In this document: positions 7,530-16,424 of the stretch, piece after piece
Position numbering within the stretch: position 1 is the stretch's first letter
How the letters are laid out: the number at the start of each line of letters is the position of its first letter
Assembly: GCA_024280855.1 (NCBI GenBank)
Contig: JAJRPG010000051.1
Span: forward strand, 107 to 64,106
Reading direction: 5' to 3'
Source of the DNA: Planctomycetota bacterium
Lineage (GTDB): Bacteria; Planctomycetota; Phycisphaerae; UBA1845
Length of the DNA: 64,000 bases
Made by a program: the position numbers and the translations under genes
Notes under the pieces: model-generated
Database searches by the model: none
The model's input: the letters and a program-made list of their open reading frames with translations, nothing else
Told to the model about the DNA's origin: nothing

Positions 7530-9737
7530 ATGTTTGAAAACCGCCTGCGCATCTTGTTATCTGTTTTAGCGATCGCATGTCTGGGCGTATTCCTCCGGTT
7601 AGCACAGTTGCAACTTGTCAGGGCTGATTACTACACGCAACGGGCAAACCGTTCGCTTATCTCGCGGCCTAAGTCATTACCGTTTTTACGCGGGCGAATT
7701 CTCGATCGAACTGGCGAGGTCCTCGTCGCGGATACGCCGACATGGGATGTGTGCATTGATTATGCCATGATAGCGGCTTCGGTCGATTCAGAAGCTAAGG
7801 CGTGGTCGAGTTTGTTGCGCAGATACCGCAGGCGTTATGCGAAAAACTCAGATGGTACGATGGCGACGGTTGAGCAGCGTCGCGAGCGCCTACAAGAAGA
7901 CATGGAGGGCAGTTGGCGGGCGCTGGTTCAATTCGCTCAGCGTCTTGGCCAACCCGTGACGCTGGAGGATATTCGTTCGCGCGGTTTAGATATATATGAA
8001 CAAGTGCAGCGAATTCGACGTGCAGTGTCTAGGAGGCGAGGTTTCGATAGTCCCGTCGCGGAGGAAAGGATAGCTCAGACGATCATTCCGGATATCGGTG
8101 CCGACCATCAGGCACTATGGGAAGATCAATTTTCCGCTTGGCCTTGGGTGCATGTTCAGGCATCTACTAAAAGGCGGTGCCTGGGAGACGCTACGCCAAT
8201 CGCGCATGTGCTTGGCCGCATGGGGCGTGTGGATGCCGAGACGGTTTCGGCTGACCCTCAAGCGGATAACCCTTTTGCGAAATACTTAGCCAGCGAAAAG
8301 CACGGCATTAGCGGTGTCGAGTATGCAGCGGAGGATTTATTGCGCGGTCGGCGCGGTCAGATTGTTTCCAGCAGAGATGGCACGGTCACGGAAGATGTCC
8401 CCGCGGCTCATGGGCTGGATGTTAAGTTGACGATTGATGCGCCGCTTCAACGTCAGCTTTATGATATGTTAGGCGAGGTGGTCGAATCTGTGCCGCTGTC
8501 ATCAGGCGGTGCGATTGTGGTTTTGGATGTAGCTTCGCGCGACGTGCTTTCTCTCGTGTCATATCCGTCTTACGATCCGAATCGGTTTAGCGAATTATAT
8601 TCTGTCTTGCGTGATGATACGGATCGGCTGCCATTACGGTTTCGGGCTTTGTCTTCCCGGTACGCGCCGGGGTCAACGATTAAGCCGTTGTCGTGTTTGG
8701 CTGGGCTATACAGTGGAAAAATTTCGTTGGATACGCGGGAAACATGTACAGGTTATATGTTTTCTGAAAAGCGCGATGGTTGGCGATGTTGGGAAATTCA
8801 CGGGACGGGTATACGCAAAGCGCATGGCTCTATCAACGTGACCGAGGCGCTAACTGGTAGTTGCAACATTTTTATGTATCGTCTTGGCGAGCGCGTGGGT
8901 GTGGACGGATTGTGTAGCGTGTTTGATATGGTGGGCGTGGGGCGTGGTAGTGGTATTGGATTGCGAGAAGATAACCCAGGCATCAATCCGACCCCAGCTT
9001 GGCTATCGTCTCATTTGAATCGGACTACAACGAAGGCGCATAGCAGGCTTTTTGCGATGGGGCAGGGCGAGATTTCGTTGACACCTATTCAGGTGGCGAA
9101 TCTCATGGCTACTTATGCTTCGGGGAGATATAAGCCGGTGACGCTGATTCGGCGACGTAAAGATCATCCAGAATGGCGGCTGCCGGGTTCGGATGCGCAG
9201 TGGTTAGCTATTCGGCGCGGCATTTTCGGCGTGACCAACGACCCGGATGGCACGGCTTATAAGTATGCAAATTACGTTCGCGATGGTTACGCACTAGCGG
9301 GTAAGACGGGGTCAGCCACCGCGACACCCTGGCCTACGGCGTATAAAATTCCTTATATGGAAGAAGACGGGTCGCATCGGGAAGTGGTTTTAGCGGAAGG
9401 AGCGCGCGGGCCTGCGATCAAACGGTTTGAGCGAGAGTTTCCTGATGCGGTGTATGACAAGAAAGACGTCAAAGCCGTGCGATATTGGCCCGTAGAGAAA
9501 CCGCCGGAAGGGCAGAAATATTCGCACGCATGGTTTGGTGGCTATCTTCAGCCTTTGGGCGCAGACGGTAAACCTGATTGGCGACAACAGCCTCCGGTTG
9601 CGTTTGCGGTGCTGATAGAGTTTGGCGGTAGTGGCGGACGGACCAGTGGGCCTTTGGCGAAACGGGTGTGTGACGCGATTTTGGATCGATTCGGAAGTGA
9701 CATAGCGACGACGCTTAGAAAAAGTAGTGGTTATTGA
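7530..9737 (+). CDS. mrdA: Penicillin-binding protein 2 (elongasome transpeptidase), with an enlarged N-terminal module
   Basis: N-terminal TM anchor and transpeptidase motifs SxxK (PGSTIKP), SxN (TGSCN) and KTG (GKTGSA). It is followed by rodA. At 735 aa it is about 100 aa longer than typical PBP2. Confidence 0.9.
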   Translation: MFENRLRILLSVLAIACLGVFLRLAQLQLVRADYYTQRANRSLISRPKSLPFLRGRILDRTGEVLVADTPTWDVCIDYAMIAASVDSEAKAWSSLLRRYRRRYAKNSDGTMATVEQRRERLQEDMEGSWRALVQFAQRLGQPVTLEDIRSRGLDIYEQVQRIRRAVSRRRGFDSPVAEERIAQTIIPDIGADHQALWEDQFSAWPWVHVQASTKRRCLGDATPIAHVLGRMGRVDAETVSADPQADNPFAKYLASEKHGISGVEYAAEDLLRGRRGQIVSSRDGTVTEDVPAAHGLDVKLTIDAPLQRQLYDMLGEVVESVPLSSGGAIVVLDVASRDVLSLVSYPSYDPNRFSELYSVLRDDTDRLPLRFRALSSRYAPGSTIKPLSCLAGLYSGKISLDTRETCTGYMFSEKRDGWRCWEIHGTGIRKAHGSINVTEALTGSCNIFMYRLGERVGVDGLCSVFDMVGVGRGSGIGLREDNPGINPTPAWLSSHLNRTTTKAHSRLFAMGQGEISLTPIQVANLMATYASGRYKPVTLIRRRKDHPEWRLPGSDAQWLAIRRGIFGVTNDPDGTAYKYANYVRDGYALAGKTGSATATPWPTAYKIPYMEEDGSHREVVLAEGARGPAIKRFEREFPDAVYDKKDVKAVRYWPVEKPPEGQKYSHAWFGGYLQPLGADGKPDWRQQPPVAFAVLIEFGGSGGRTSGPLAKRVCDAILDRFGSDIATTLRKSSGY

Positions 9738-11008
9738 TGCAAATCAGGGCGTGGAAATTATCTGAGCCTGGCGTCTTGATTATTCTGGCGACTGGCGTAC
9801 TCCTCGCGGTGGGCTTGGCGTGTATTTATGTGACGGATACGCATTATGTCAGCGGTCACGATGGCCCGGCTAATGCGAAGAAGCAATTTATTTTCGTGAT
9901 GATTAGCATGGTCGCCGCTAGCATTGTGCTTCGCGTTGGCTATCACACCATTTCGCAGTATGCGTACATTATTTTTGGCATTGTATTGCTGTTACTCTTG
10001 CCGCTTGCTATCGCCAGGGTTTTTCATTTGAGTTTCGGCGGGCTTACGGCTCCGCGTAACGGTGCGTATCGTTGGATCAACCTGCCCGGCTATCAGCTTC
10101 AACCTTCAGAAATTATGAAAGCGGCGTACCTCATCGCGTTGGCGTGGTATCTTCGCTATCGCAGCAACTACCGACATTTTGGTGGATTGCTTTTACCTTT
10201 TGCCATTTCTGTGGTGCCGTTCGCGCTGATTTTGATAGAGCCTGATTTGGGTACGGTGTTGCTGCTGGTTCCGGTTTTATTCGCTATGCTATTTTTAGCG
10301 GGTGCTAGAATTTCGCATCTGTTATTAATCATGCTAATGGGCTTAGCCATGACGCCCCTTGCTTGGGGGCAGATCAAGAGTTATCAGCGATTGCGCATCG
10401 CGTCTGTTTTGTTGCAAAACGATAGCTTGCGACAAGCGGTGATCGATAGCCCGCAGGATTACGAATTATTAGCGACCAAACGGCAGGCGATGGAGTGGGC
10501 GGCGAGTTCGGGCTATCAACTGGTTCATTCAAAAAATGCAGTAGGCAGCGGCGGCTGGTTTGGCTATGGTTGGGGCGAGGGCATTTATGTTAATAATAGC
10601 TTGCTGCCCGATCGCCACAACGACTTCGTCTTTTCGCTCATAGGCCATCAGTGGGGGTTCATCGGTTGTAGCGTGGTGTTGTGTTGTTATGTAGTGATCG
10701 TAACAGCTGGAGTGCGCATTGCCTCTGTGACGAAAGACCCGTTTGGCCGATTACTAGCCGTGGGCGCGGTGACACTACTCGCGGCTCAGGTACTCATCAA
10801 CGTAGGCATGACCATCGGCTTATTGCCCATCACAGGCATGACCCTGCCCTTCGTCTCCTACGGGGGGAGTAGTTTACTGAGTAATTTCGTGGTGCTTGCG
10901 CTGTTGATTAGCGTTTCGCAACATAGGCCATTTTTGTTAGCGGGTAAGCCGTTCGATTTCCGTAAACGGTCGATTGTTGATCGTATCGATATCATGTCGG
11001 GAAGATGA
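9737..11008 (+). CDS. rodA: Peptidoglycan glycosyltransferase RodA (SEDS family)
   Basis: About 10 TM helices and FtsW/RodA/SpoVE motifs (LQPSEIMK, EPDLGT, PDRHNDFVFS, LPITGMTLPFVSYGGSS). The ATG overlaps the mrdA stop (TGATG). Confidence 0.9.
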   Translation: MQIRAWKLSEPGVLIILATGVLLAVGLACIYVTDTHYVSGHDGPANAKKQFIFVMISMVAASIVLRVGYHTISQYAYIIFGIVLLLLLPLAIARVFHLSFGGLTAPRNGAYRWINLPGYQLQPSEIMKAAYLIALAWYLRYRSNYRHFGGLLLPFAISVVPFALILIEPDLGTVLLLVPVLFAMLFLAGARISHLLLIMLMGLAMTPLAWGQIKSYQRLRIASVLLQNDSLRQAVIDSPQDYELLATKRQAMEWAASSGYQLVHSKNAVGSGGWFGYGWGEGIYVNNSLLPDRHNDFVFSLIGHQWGFIGCSVVLCCYVVIVTAGVRIASVTKDPFGRLLAVGAVTLLAAQVLINVGMTIGLLPITGMTLPFVSYGGSSLLSNFVVLALLISVSQHRPFLLAGKPFDFRKRSIVDRIDIMSGR

Positions 11009-11168
11009 CGAGGCATGGGCATCGTCCTGACGTGCATCAGATATCTACAGCCATAATTTAATTCAACATTCGTGTCAAAGACTAACAAGAACTTGTCTAT
11101 AAATTTCCCGGAAATGTCTTCGTGCTGTGTCAGTATTTCTCAACGTGTGAAAAAGTTTAATAAATTTC

Positions 11169-11197
11169 TTGAGAAGTGTATTATCGGGGTCTAAAAT
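11169..11197 (+). promoter_or_regulatory. Candidate sigma70-like promoter for the Cys-rich repeat gene
   Basis: TTGAGA, a 17-nt spacer, then TAAAAT, about 80 nt upstream of the start in an AT-rich 265-bp spacer. A 13-nt palindrome ATTTCCCGGAAAT lies at 11103-11115. The consensus is borrowed from model bacteria. Confidence 0.3.
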
Positions 11198-11273
11198 TGC
11201 AAAAGGGGGAAGTGTCTATTCGTAAGAGGCTTCAAATTAGCGTCACTGTCTTTGCATATCACAAAGGATCAAT

Positions 11274-14192
11274 TTGATGAACCGACTAGCCGAGCGTTCG
11301 CGTATTATGTGTAAACTTTTCTTGGCCGTGTGGCTGTTGCCTGTCTTGATGTTGGCCTCTGTCAGTAGCGCGCAAGTGACTTGTGATACTGACGCGCAGT
11401 GTGACGACGGGATTGCTTGCACGCGCGATTTCTGTGTTCAAAATAGCTGTATAAATTTACAAAAATGCTGCCAGTCTAACGCCGACTGCGATGACCTCAA
11501 CAGTTGCACCAAAGATGAATGTGTTAATGGCCAATGTTTCAATCAACCAGATACGACTTTATCTAACTGTTGTCAGTTCGATGATGAGTGCGACGACGGT
11601 AGCCCTTGTACGGAAGACGCATGCATTGACGGCTTATGCCGCTTCATTCCTAATCCAACTTTACTAGGATGCTGCGTGGATGACCCAGGGTGCGACGACG
11701 GAAATCTTTGCACGGATGACGTTTGTGTAAACAATAGTTGCCAACATATTCTCGGGCCAGGATGCTGCCAGTTTAATGAAGATTGTCAGGATGATGATAG
11801 CTGCACGGTAGACCGTTGCAATAATGGCCAATGCGAAAACATTTTTGTTTGCTGTGATGTTGATTTTGATTGCGATGATGGCAATGCGTGTACGGTTGAT
11901 AAGTGTAACGATCAACATTGTGCTCATGAGCCTGACTTGAGCATCCCTGGATGTTGCCAATTTAACCGGGATTGCGATGACCGTAATGTATGCACGCGCG
12001 ATTATTGCGTCGATGGCTCTTGCCGAAATGCTGTTGACCCAAATAATCCAGACTGTTGTACAACAGATTTAGATTGTGATGACGCCGACAATTGCACGAG
12101 AGATGTTTGCGGCGCCAATGGCCAATGTCGTCATGCGTATACCTGCTGCACCAACAACGCACAGTGCAATGACAATGATCCATGCACGGCTGATAGATGT
12201 TTGAATGGGCAGTGCTTTAGCCGAGACATCTGCTGTAAAACGGATCAAGATTGCGACGATTTTAATGCCTGCACTATTGACACTTGCAGCATGGATCGCT
12301 GCCGGCACAGGCCGGATGTGAACAATCCTGAATGCTGCCGATACGACGACGATTGTGATGATGGCTTGCCCTGCACACGCGATATTTGCCGAGATCATTT
12401 TTGCGTTTCTCTGCCCGATCCAAATTTGCAAGGATGTTGCCGCGACGATACTGACTGTGACGATGGAAACGAATGTACTGTGGAAAGATGTCGCGCGGAT
12501 GGCCAATGCGAGCGAACATTCATTTGCTGTCAAACAAATGTAGATTGTAACGATGACAATCCATGCACCGTAGACGTATGTGATTTGAATACGGGTTCTT
12601 GTCGAAATGTCCAAGACCCAACACGGCCAAATTGTTGCCAAACAACCGCTGATTGCGACGACGCCAATGATTGTACGCGTGATGCGTGTATAAACGGTAA
12701 TTGCGTCCACGCGCGGGTATGTTGCCAGGCTGACATTGACTGCGATGATAACGATTCCTGCACGGTTGATGTTTGTGACGCAGGAAGATGTCGCCATCGT
12801 GACACTTGTTGTTCTGCGACGACGGATTGCGACGACGGGAACAGATGCACGTTAGATTTCTGCTCGAATGGCCGATGCGAACATCAATTCATATGTTGTC
12901 GCAGCGCATTAGACTGTGATGATGGCGATTCATGCACCCGCGACTTCTGCGAGAATGGCGTCTGCCGTCATGCCACAAATCCGAATAATCCAGACTGTTG
13001 CAGTCAAGACCTTGACTGTGAAGATAACGACCGCTGCACGCTGGACAGATGCGTGAGTGGGCGATGTGTGCAGCGCCGTGTGTGCTGTGATACGACAGCC
13101 GATTGTGACGACGGTGATGACTGTACGCGAGATATTTGCGAGTGCAATGAATGTCGGCACGTCGAAGTATGTTGCTCAACAGATGCTCAGTGCGACGACA
13201 ATGATCCTTGCACCCGCGAAATATGCAATAATGGTGTGTGCGAACGAAAGTTCATCTGCTGTCAGGCTAACGACGACTGCGACGACGGAAACGCTTGTAC
13301 TATAGACCGATGTAATCATGGCCGATGTGAAAGCGTACTTGATACGACAAACCCGAATTGCTGTAATGCGGATGCCGACTGCGAAGATGGCGATCGTTGT
13401 ACGTTGGATGTGTGCGTCAATGGCTTCTGTCGGCAGCGACAATTGTGTTGTGTTTCTGACGATCAGTGCGACGACAATGACGATTGCACGGTGGACGTTT
13501 GTGATAATGGCCGATGTCGAAGAAGGAACGTTTGCTGCCTGAGCGCGGCTGATTGTGAAGACAATAATGTTTGCACGATTGAAGATTGTGTCAACGGGGC
13601 GTGCGTGCGAAGGTTTAATACGAATGATCCGAACTGTTGCCTGTCCGACACTAATTGCGACGACAATCGGCCTTGCACCCGTGATGTCTGTGTTGCAGGT
13701 ATTTGTCGGCACGATTTCTTGTGCTGCCAAAGTGATGCCGATTGTGATGACAATGATAATTGTACAAGAGATTTTTGCGATGCAGGATTCTGCAAGCATG
13801 TTGATCCATTGCCCGGCACATCAACATGTTGCCGAGTGGATGCGGAATGCGATGACAATGACGCATGTACGGTAGACTATTGCCGTGATAACGTTTGCGT
13901 TCATCCGATGCGTGATACGGATCAAGATGGCGTTTGTGATTTGAAAGACAATTGCGTTTTCATCTTTAATCCTGGCCAAGCCGATTGTGACAACGACGGC
14001 AAAGGCGATCGATGCGATCCAGATATTGACAATGATGGCGTGCCTAATGCGATTGACATTTGCGACTTCACGCCTGCGGGCGCAGATGTGCAGCGTAATG
14101 GTACGTTGCTAACGGACACGGATGGCGATTGCGATTCGGACTTAGAGGACATCGCCATCTGGCAACGAGAAATTACCGGGCCGGGCAAATAG
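11274..14192 (+). CDS. Secreted cysteine-rich repeat protein: 27 tandem CC-x(4,5)-DCDD-x3-CT-x-D-x-C modules plus C-terminal thrombospondin-type-3-like calcium repeats
   Basis: Signal peptide ([23 protein letters not shown]). By manual parsing there are 27 units of 29-36 aa with six conserved Cys each. The C-terminus [14 protein letters not shown]...[22 protein letters not shown] is TSP3-like, and it ends in a dockerin/EF-hand-like [17 protein letters not shown]. Confidence 0.85.
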   Translation: MMNRLAERSRIMCKLFLAVWLLPVLMLASVSSAQVTCDTDAQCDDGIACTRDFCVQNSCINLQKCCQSNADCDDLNSCTKDECVNGQCFNQPDTTLSNCCQFDDECDDGSPCTEDACIDGLCRFIPNPTLLGCCVDDPGCDDGNLCTDDVCVNNSCQHILGPGCCQFNEDCQDDDSCTVDRCNNGQCENIFVCCDVDFDCDDGNACTVDKCNDQHCAHEPDLSIPGCCQFNRDCDDRNVCTRDYCVDGSCRNAVDPNNPDCCTTDLDCDDADNCTRDVCGANGQCRHAYTCCTNNAQCNDNDPCTADRCLNGQCFSRDICCKTDQDCDDFNACTIDTCSMDRCRHRPDVNNPECCRYDDDCDDGLPCTRDICRDHFCVSLPDPNLQGCCRDDTDCDDGNECTVERCRADGQCERTFICCQTNVDCNDDNPCTVDVCDLNTGSCRNVQDPTRPNCCQTTADCDDANDCTRDACINGNCVHARVCCQADIDCDDNDSCTVDVCDAGRCRHRDTCCSATTDCDDGNRCTLDFCSNGRCEHQFICCRSALDCDDGDSCTRDFCENGVCRHATNPNNPDCCSQDLDCEDNDRCTLDRCVSGRCVQRRVCCDTTADCDDGDDCTRDICECNECRHVEVCCSTDAQCDDNDPCTREICNNGVCERKFICCQANDDCDDGNACTIDRCNHGRCESVLDTTNPNCCNADADCEDGDRCTLDVCVNGFCRQRQLCCVSDDQCDDNDDCTVDVCDNGRCRRRNVCCLSAADCEDNNVCTIEDCVNGACVRRFNTNDPNCCLSDTNCDDNRPCTRDVCVAGICRHDFLCCQSDADCDDNDNCTRDFCDAGFCKHVDPLPGTSTCCRVDAECDDNDACTVDYCRDNVCVHPMRDTDQDGVCDLKDNCVFIFNPGQADCDNDGKGDRCDPDIDNDGVPNAIDICDFTPAGADVQRNGTLLTDTDGDCDSDLEDIAIWQREITGPGK

Positions 14193-14237
14193 TTCGCCGA
14201 GACGAGCTTCCCTGGAAAGGAAGCAACCGGAATACAG

Positions 14238-14282
14238 AAGGGCGTTTCAGATCAACAAAGCCTGGAACGCCCTTTGTTTTTG
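14238..14282 (+). terminator. Rho-independent terminator after the Cys-rich gene
   Basis: The stem AAGGGCGTTTCAG / CTGGAACGCCCTT (13 bp, one G-U pair, 11-nt loop) is followed by TGTTTTTGG. It lies between the convergent Cys-rich gene and ribD. Confidence 0.7.
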
Positions 14283-14294
14283 GTCGGCCATGTC

Positions 14295-15416
14295 TCAAGA
14301 GTGTTTTGATAGATCAGTAAAATGAAGCTGATGCACCACGTCGCAGCCGCTTCGCGATGTTTTTATGAGTCGTGGATGAAGTGCGTCAGCTATGGTGGGG
14401 CTTCCTTTTTCCATCCAAACGGCGGGAGCTTTTTCTCCGCCGATGATTAATGGGGCCGTGAATATTAGTGCTTCATCAACATGGCCTGCCGTGAAGAACG
14501 ATGACAAGACCTTGGCTCCGCCTTCGATCATCACGTTAGTCGCATCCATCGCATAAAGTTTATGTAATATGTCGCTGGGCTGCAGTAACCCGCCACGGGA
14601 TTTGCCGGCGACAACTTGTGCGCCATGTTTCTCAAGTGACGCTGCTTTTTTAGAATTTATTTGTGCGGTCGTTGTAAAAATAGTTAGCGGTATTTGCCTG
14701 GCTGATTGCACGAGTTGGGATGAAGCTTTTATTCTCAAGTGGCCATCAAGCACAACACGCCTGGCGACGCGGCGCACGCGAACCTCGCGGGCAGTAAGTT
14801 GCGGGTTGTCTCGAATGGCTGTGCCGCAGCCAACGATGATAGCGTCAACTCTTGATCGCAGTTTGTGAACAAGTCGTCTTGAAGCTGCGCAGGAAATCCA
14901 TTGCGAATCGCCGCGATGCGTAGCTAACTTTCCGTCCAGGCTTTGTGCCCACTTAGCTATGACGTAGGGTCGTTGCAGAATCATGCGGGTTGCGAAAGGG
15001 GCGATTAGTTCGCGGGCTTCTTGCTCGCATAGGCCAACGTCTACCGCAATGCCCGCCCGGCGTAATCGTAGAATGCCCCGACCTTTTACCTTTGGGTTAG
15101 GGTCTTTGGTGGCGACGACGACTCTCGAGATTTTGGCCTGGATAAGTGCAGAGGTGCAAGGCGGCGTTTTTCCTGTCGTGCAGCATGGTTCTAGCGTGAC
15201 GTAAGCCGTCGCGCCTCGGACGGCTGATGTGCAGTCTTGTAACGCGCTCACTTCCGCATGAGGGCCGCCGAACTTTTTATGATAACCTTGGCCAAGGATT
15301 TTATTGTTCTTGACAATTACGCAGCCGACCATGGGGTTAGGCTCGACGTATCCTTGCCCTTTGCGGGCTAGTCGCAAAGCAAGGTTCATCATGTCGTGGT
15401 CAAAAGTTGAACTCAT
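14295..15416 (-). CDS. ribD: Bifunctional riboflavin biosynthesis protein RibD (deaminase/reductase); start taken at MSSTFDHDMM
   Basis: CMP/dCMP deaminase zinc motifs (GGPHAEVSAL, LEPCCTTGKTPPC) are followed by a RibD_C reductase domain (RPYVIAKWAQSLDGKLA, QWIS, VMIEGGAKV). Confidence 0.9.
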   Translation of the reverse strand: MSSTFDHDMMNLALRLARKGQGYVEPNPMVGCVIVKNNKILGQGYHKKFGGPHAEVSALQDCTSAVRGATAYVTLEPCCTTGKTPPCTSALIQAKISRVVVATKDPNPKVKGRGILRLRRAGIAVDVGLCEQEARELIAPFATRMILQRPYVIAKWAQSLDGKLATHRGDSQWISCAASRRLVHKLRSRVDAIIVGCGTAIRDNPQLTAREVRVRRVARRVVLDGHLRIKASSQLVQSARQIPLTIFTTTAQINSKKAASLEKHGAQVVAGKSRGGLLQPSDILHKLYAMDATNVMIEGGAKVLSSFFTAGHVDEALIFTAPLIIGGEKAPAVWMEKGSPTIADALHPRLIKTSRSGCDVVHQLHFTDLSKHS

Positions 15417-15436
15417 GATAGATACGCCTTGATTTC

Positions 15437-15656
15437 CCGTCATTCCCGTCCCGATGTACTTCGGGAGCGGGAATCCAGTCCGGTAGGGCATATCGTTCTT
15501 TCGTCTACTGGCGAAAGGTTGACATGCCTGAACTATCGAATTTCGAACTGCCAATGCTTTTCTAAGCGCACACGCAAGCGTATACGATTACTAACTGCCG
15601 CAACGAATATATATATTGGCGCTTAATAGTAAAGGCAGGCCCACGACCTGCCCTAC
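15437..15656. repeat. MITE-like intergenic repeat, copy A (core 15483-15656, preceded by an ATTCCCG...CGGGAAT hairpin module)
   Basis: The core begins GTAGGGCAtatCGTTCTTTCG...GCGAAAGGTTGACaTGCCTGAACTATC and ends GTAAAGGCAGG...CCTGCCCTAC, giving imperfect terminal inverted repeats GTAGGGCA/TGCCCTAC. A second copy of the same length is at 59288-59459 and a degenerate copy at about 61270-61372. Confidence 0.65.
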
Positions 15657-15674
15657 AAGATGGATAGTCACCCA

Positions 15675-16403
15675 CTAGGCCTGCGCTCGTTTACCCAAGC
15701 TTGATGTAAACAATAAGATGATGACGCCGCAAACTAAAGCAGAATCTGCGATGTTGAACACCCAAGGCCAAGCCTGTTGGCCGCCGATGACGGGAACCCA
15801 CGCTGGCAAGTTAGGCACGAATTTAATGAAGTCGCGTACGACACCTTGTTGATGGTGCGTGACTTCTGACCTCACAAATGATTGCGTGTGCGTACCTTCA
15901 GGCCAAACGCCGATGCGGATGTTCGGTGCGTCCTCATCAGAAACAATTTTCCCAATGACCACCCGTTGCTGCGCGTTGGTGCCGTCTTTCATGCTGATAA
16001 TGTCAGCTTTGATGAACGTTCGGTCGTACATGTTTCCGACCGCGCCAGCTAAGATCAATCCTAACGCAATGTGTAATACGAACGATCGCTTCGGGCTTTG
16101 TACGAAAAGATAAACGACAAAGGCTAACGCTAGAATGGAGGCTACGATAAAAAGCTCTGTTTGCCCGCTGAATGATCCGAATACCGCGCCGTCGTTAAGA
16201 GAACGGCGGAACATTAGCCATCCATCGATCATGCTGCGCGGTTCGTTTGGCTCAATGTTAGAAAAAGCCCAATGTTTGGACCAGAGGTCCAACCACACGA
16301 AGACAATAGCCGTGACCCAGAATCGGCCATGAGACCATAGATGAGTAAGCGCTCGTGTGTCTTCGTGTTGTGATGGCGATTCCAATGGTTGTGTATCATT
16401 CAT
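15675..16403 (-). CDS. lspA: Lipoprotein signal peptidase II (LspA) with a roughly 55-60 aa insertion
   Basis: LspA motifs SLNDGAVFG, GAVGNMYDR, VVRDFIKF and WPWVFNIADSAL are present. At 242 aa it is longer than the usual roughly 165 aa. Confidence 0.8.
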   Translation of the reverse strand: MNDTQPLESPSQHEDTRALTHLWSHGRFWVTAIVFVWLDLWSKHWAFSNIEPNEPRSMIDGWLMFRRSLNDGAVFGSFSGQTELFIVASILALAFVVYLFVQSPKRSFVLHIALGLILAGAVGNMYDRTFIKADIISMKDGTNAQQRVVIGKIVSDEDAPNIRIGVWPEGTHTQSFVRSEVTHHQQGVVRDFIKFVPNLPAWVPVIGGQQAWPWVFNIADSALVCGVIILLFTSSLGKRAQA

Positions 16404-16424
16404 AAGATTGCGTGTTTAGATTGG

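Noticed and set aside
11664-13858. Several long minus-strand ORFs (up to 242 aa) and alternative plus-frame ORFs inside the Cys-rich repeat gene
   Set aside because: They are by-products of the highly biased repeated codon content (GAC, TGC, TGT, AAT) and have Ile/Ala/Thr/Arg-rich nonsense composition. The sense frame has a signal peptide and a strict six-Cys periodicity.
15417-15560. Possible FMN riboswitch upstream of ribD
   Set aside because: The RFN core sequences I remember are not present. The structured sequence here is instead explained by the repeat family that is also found at 59288 and 61270, away from riboflavin genes.
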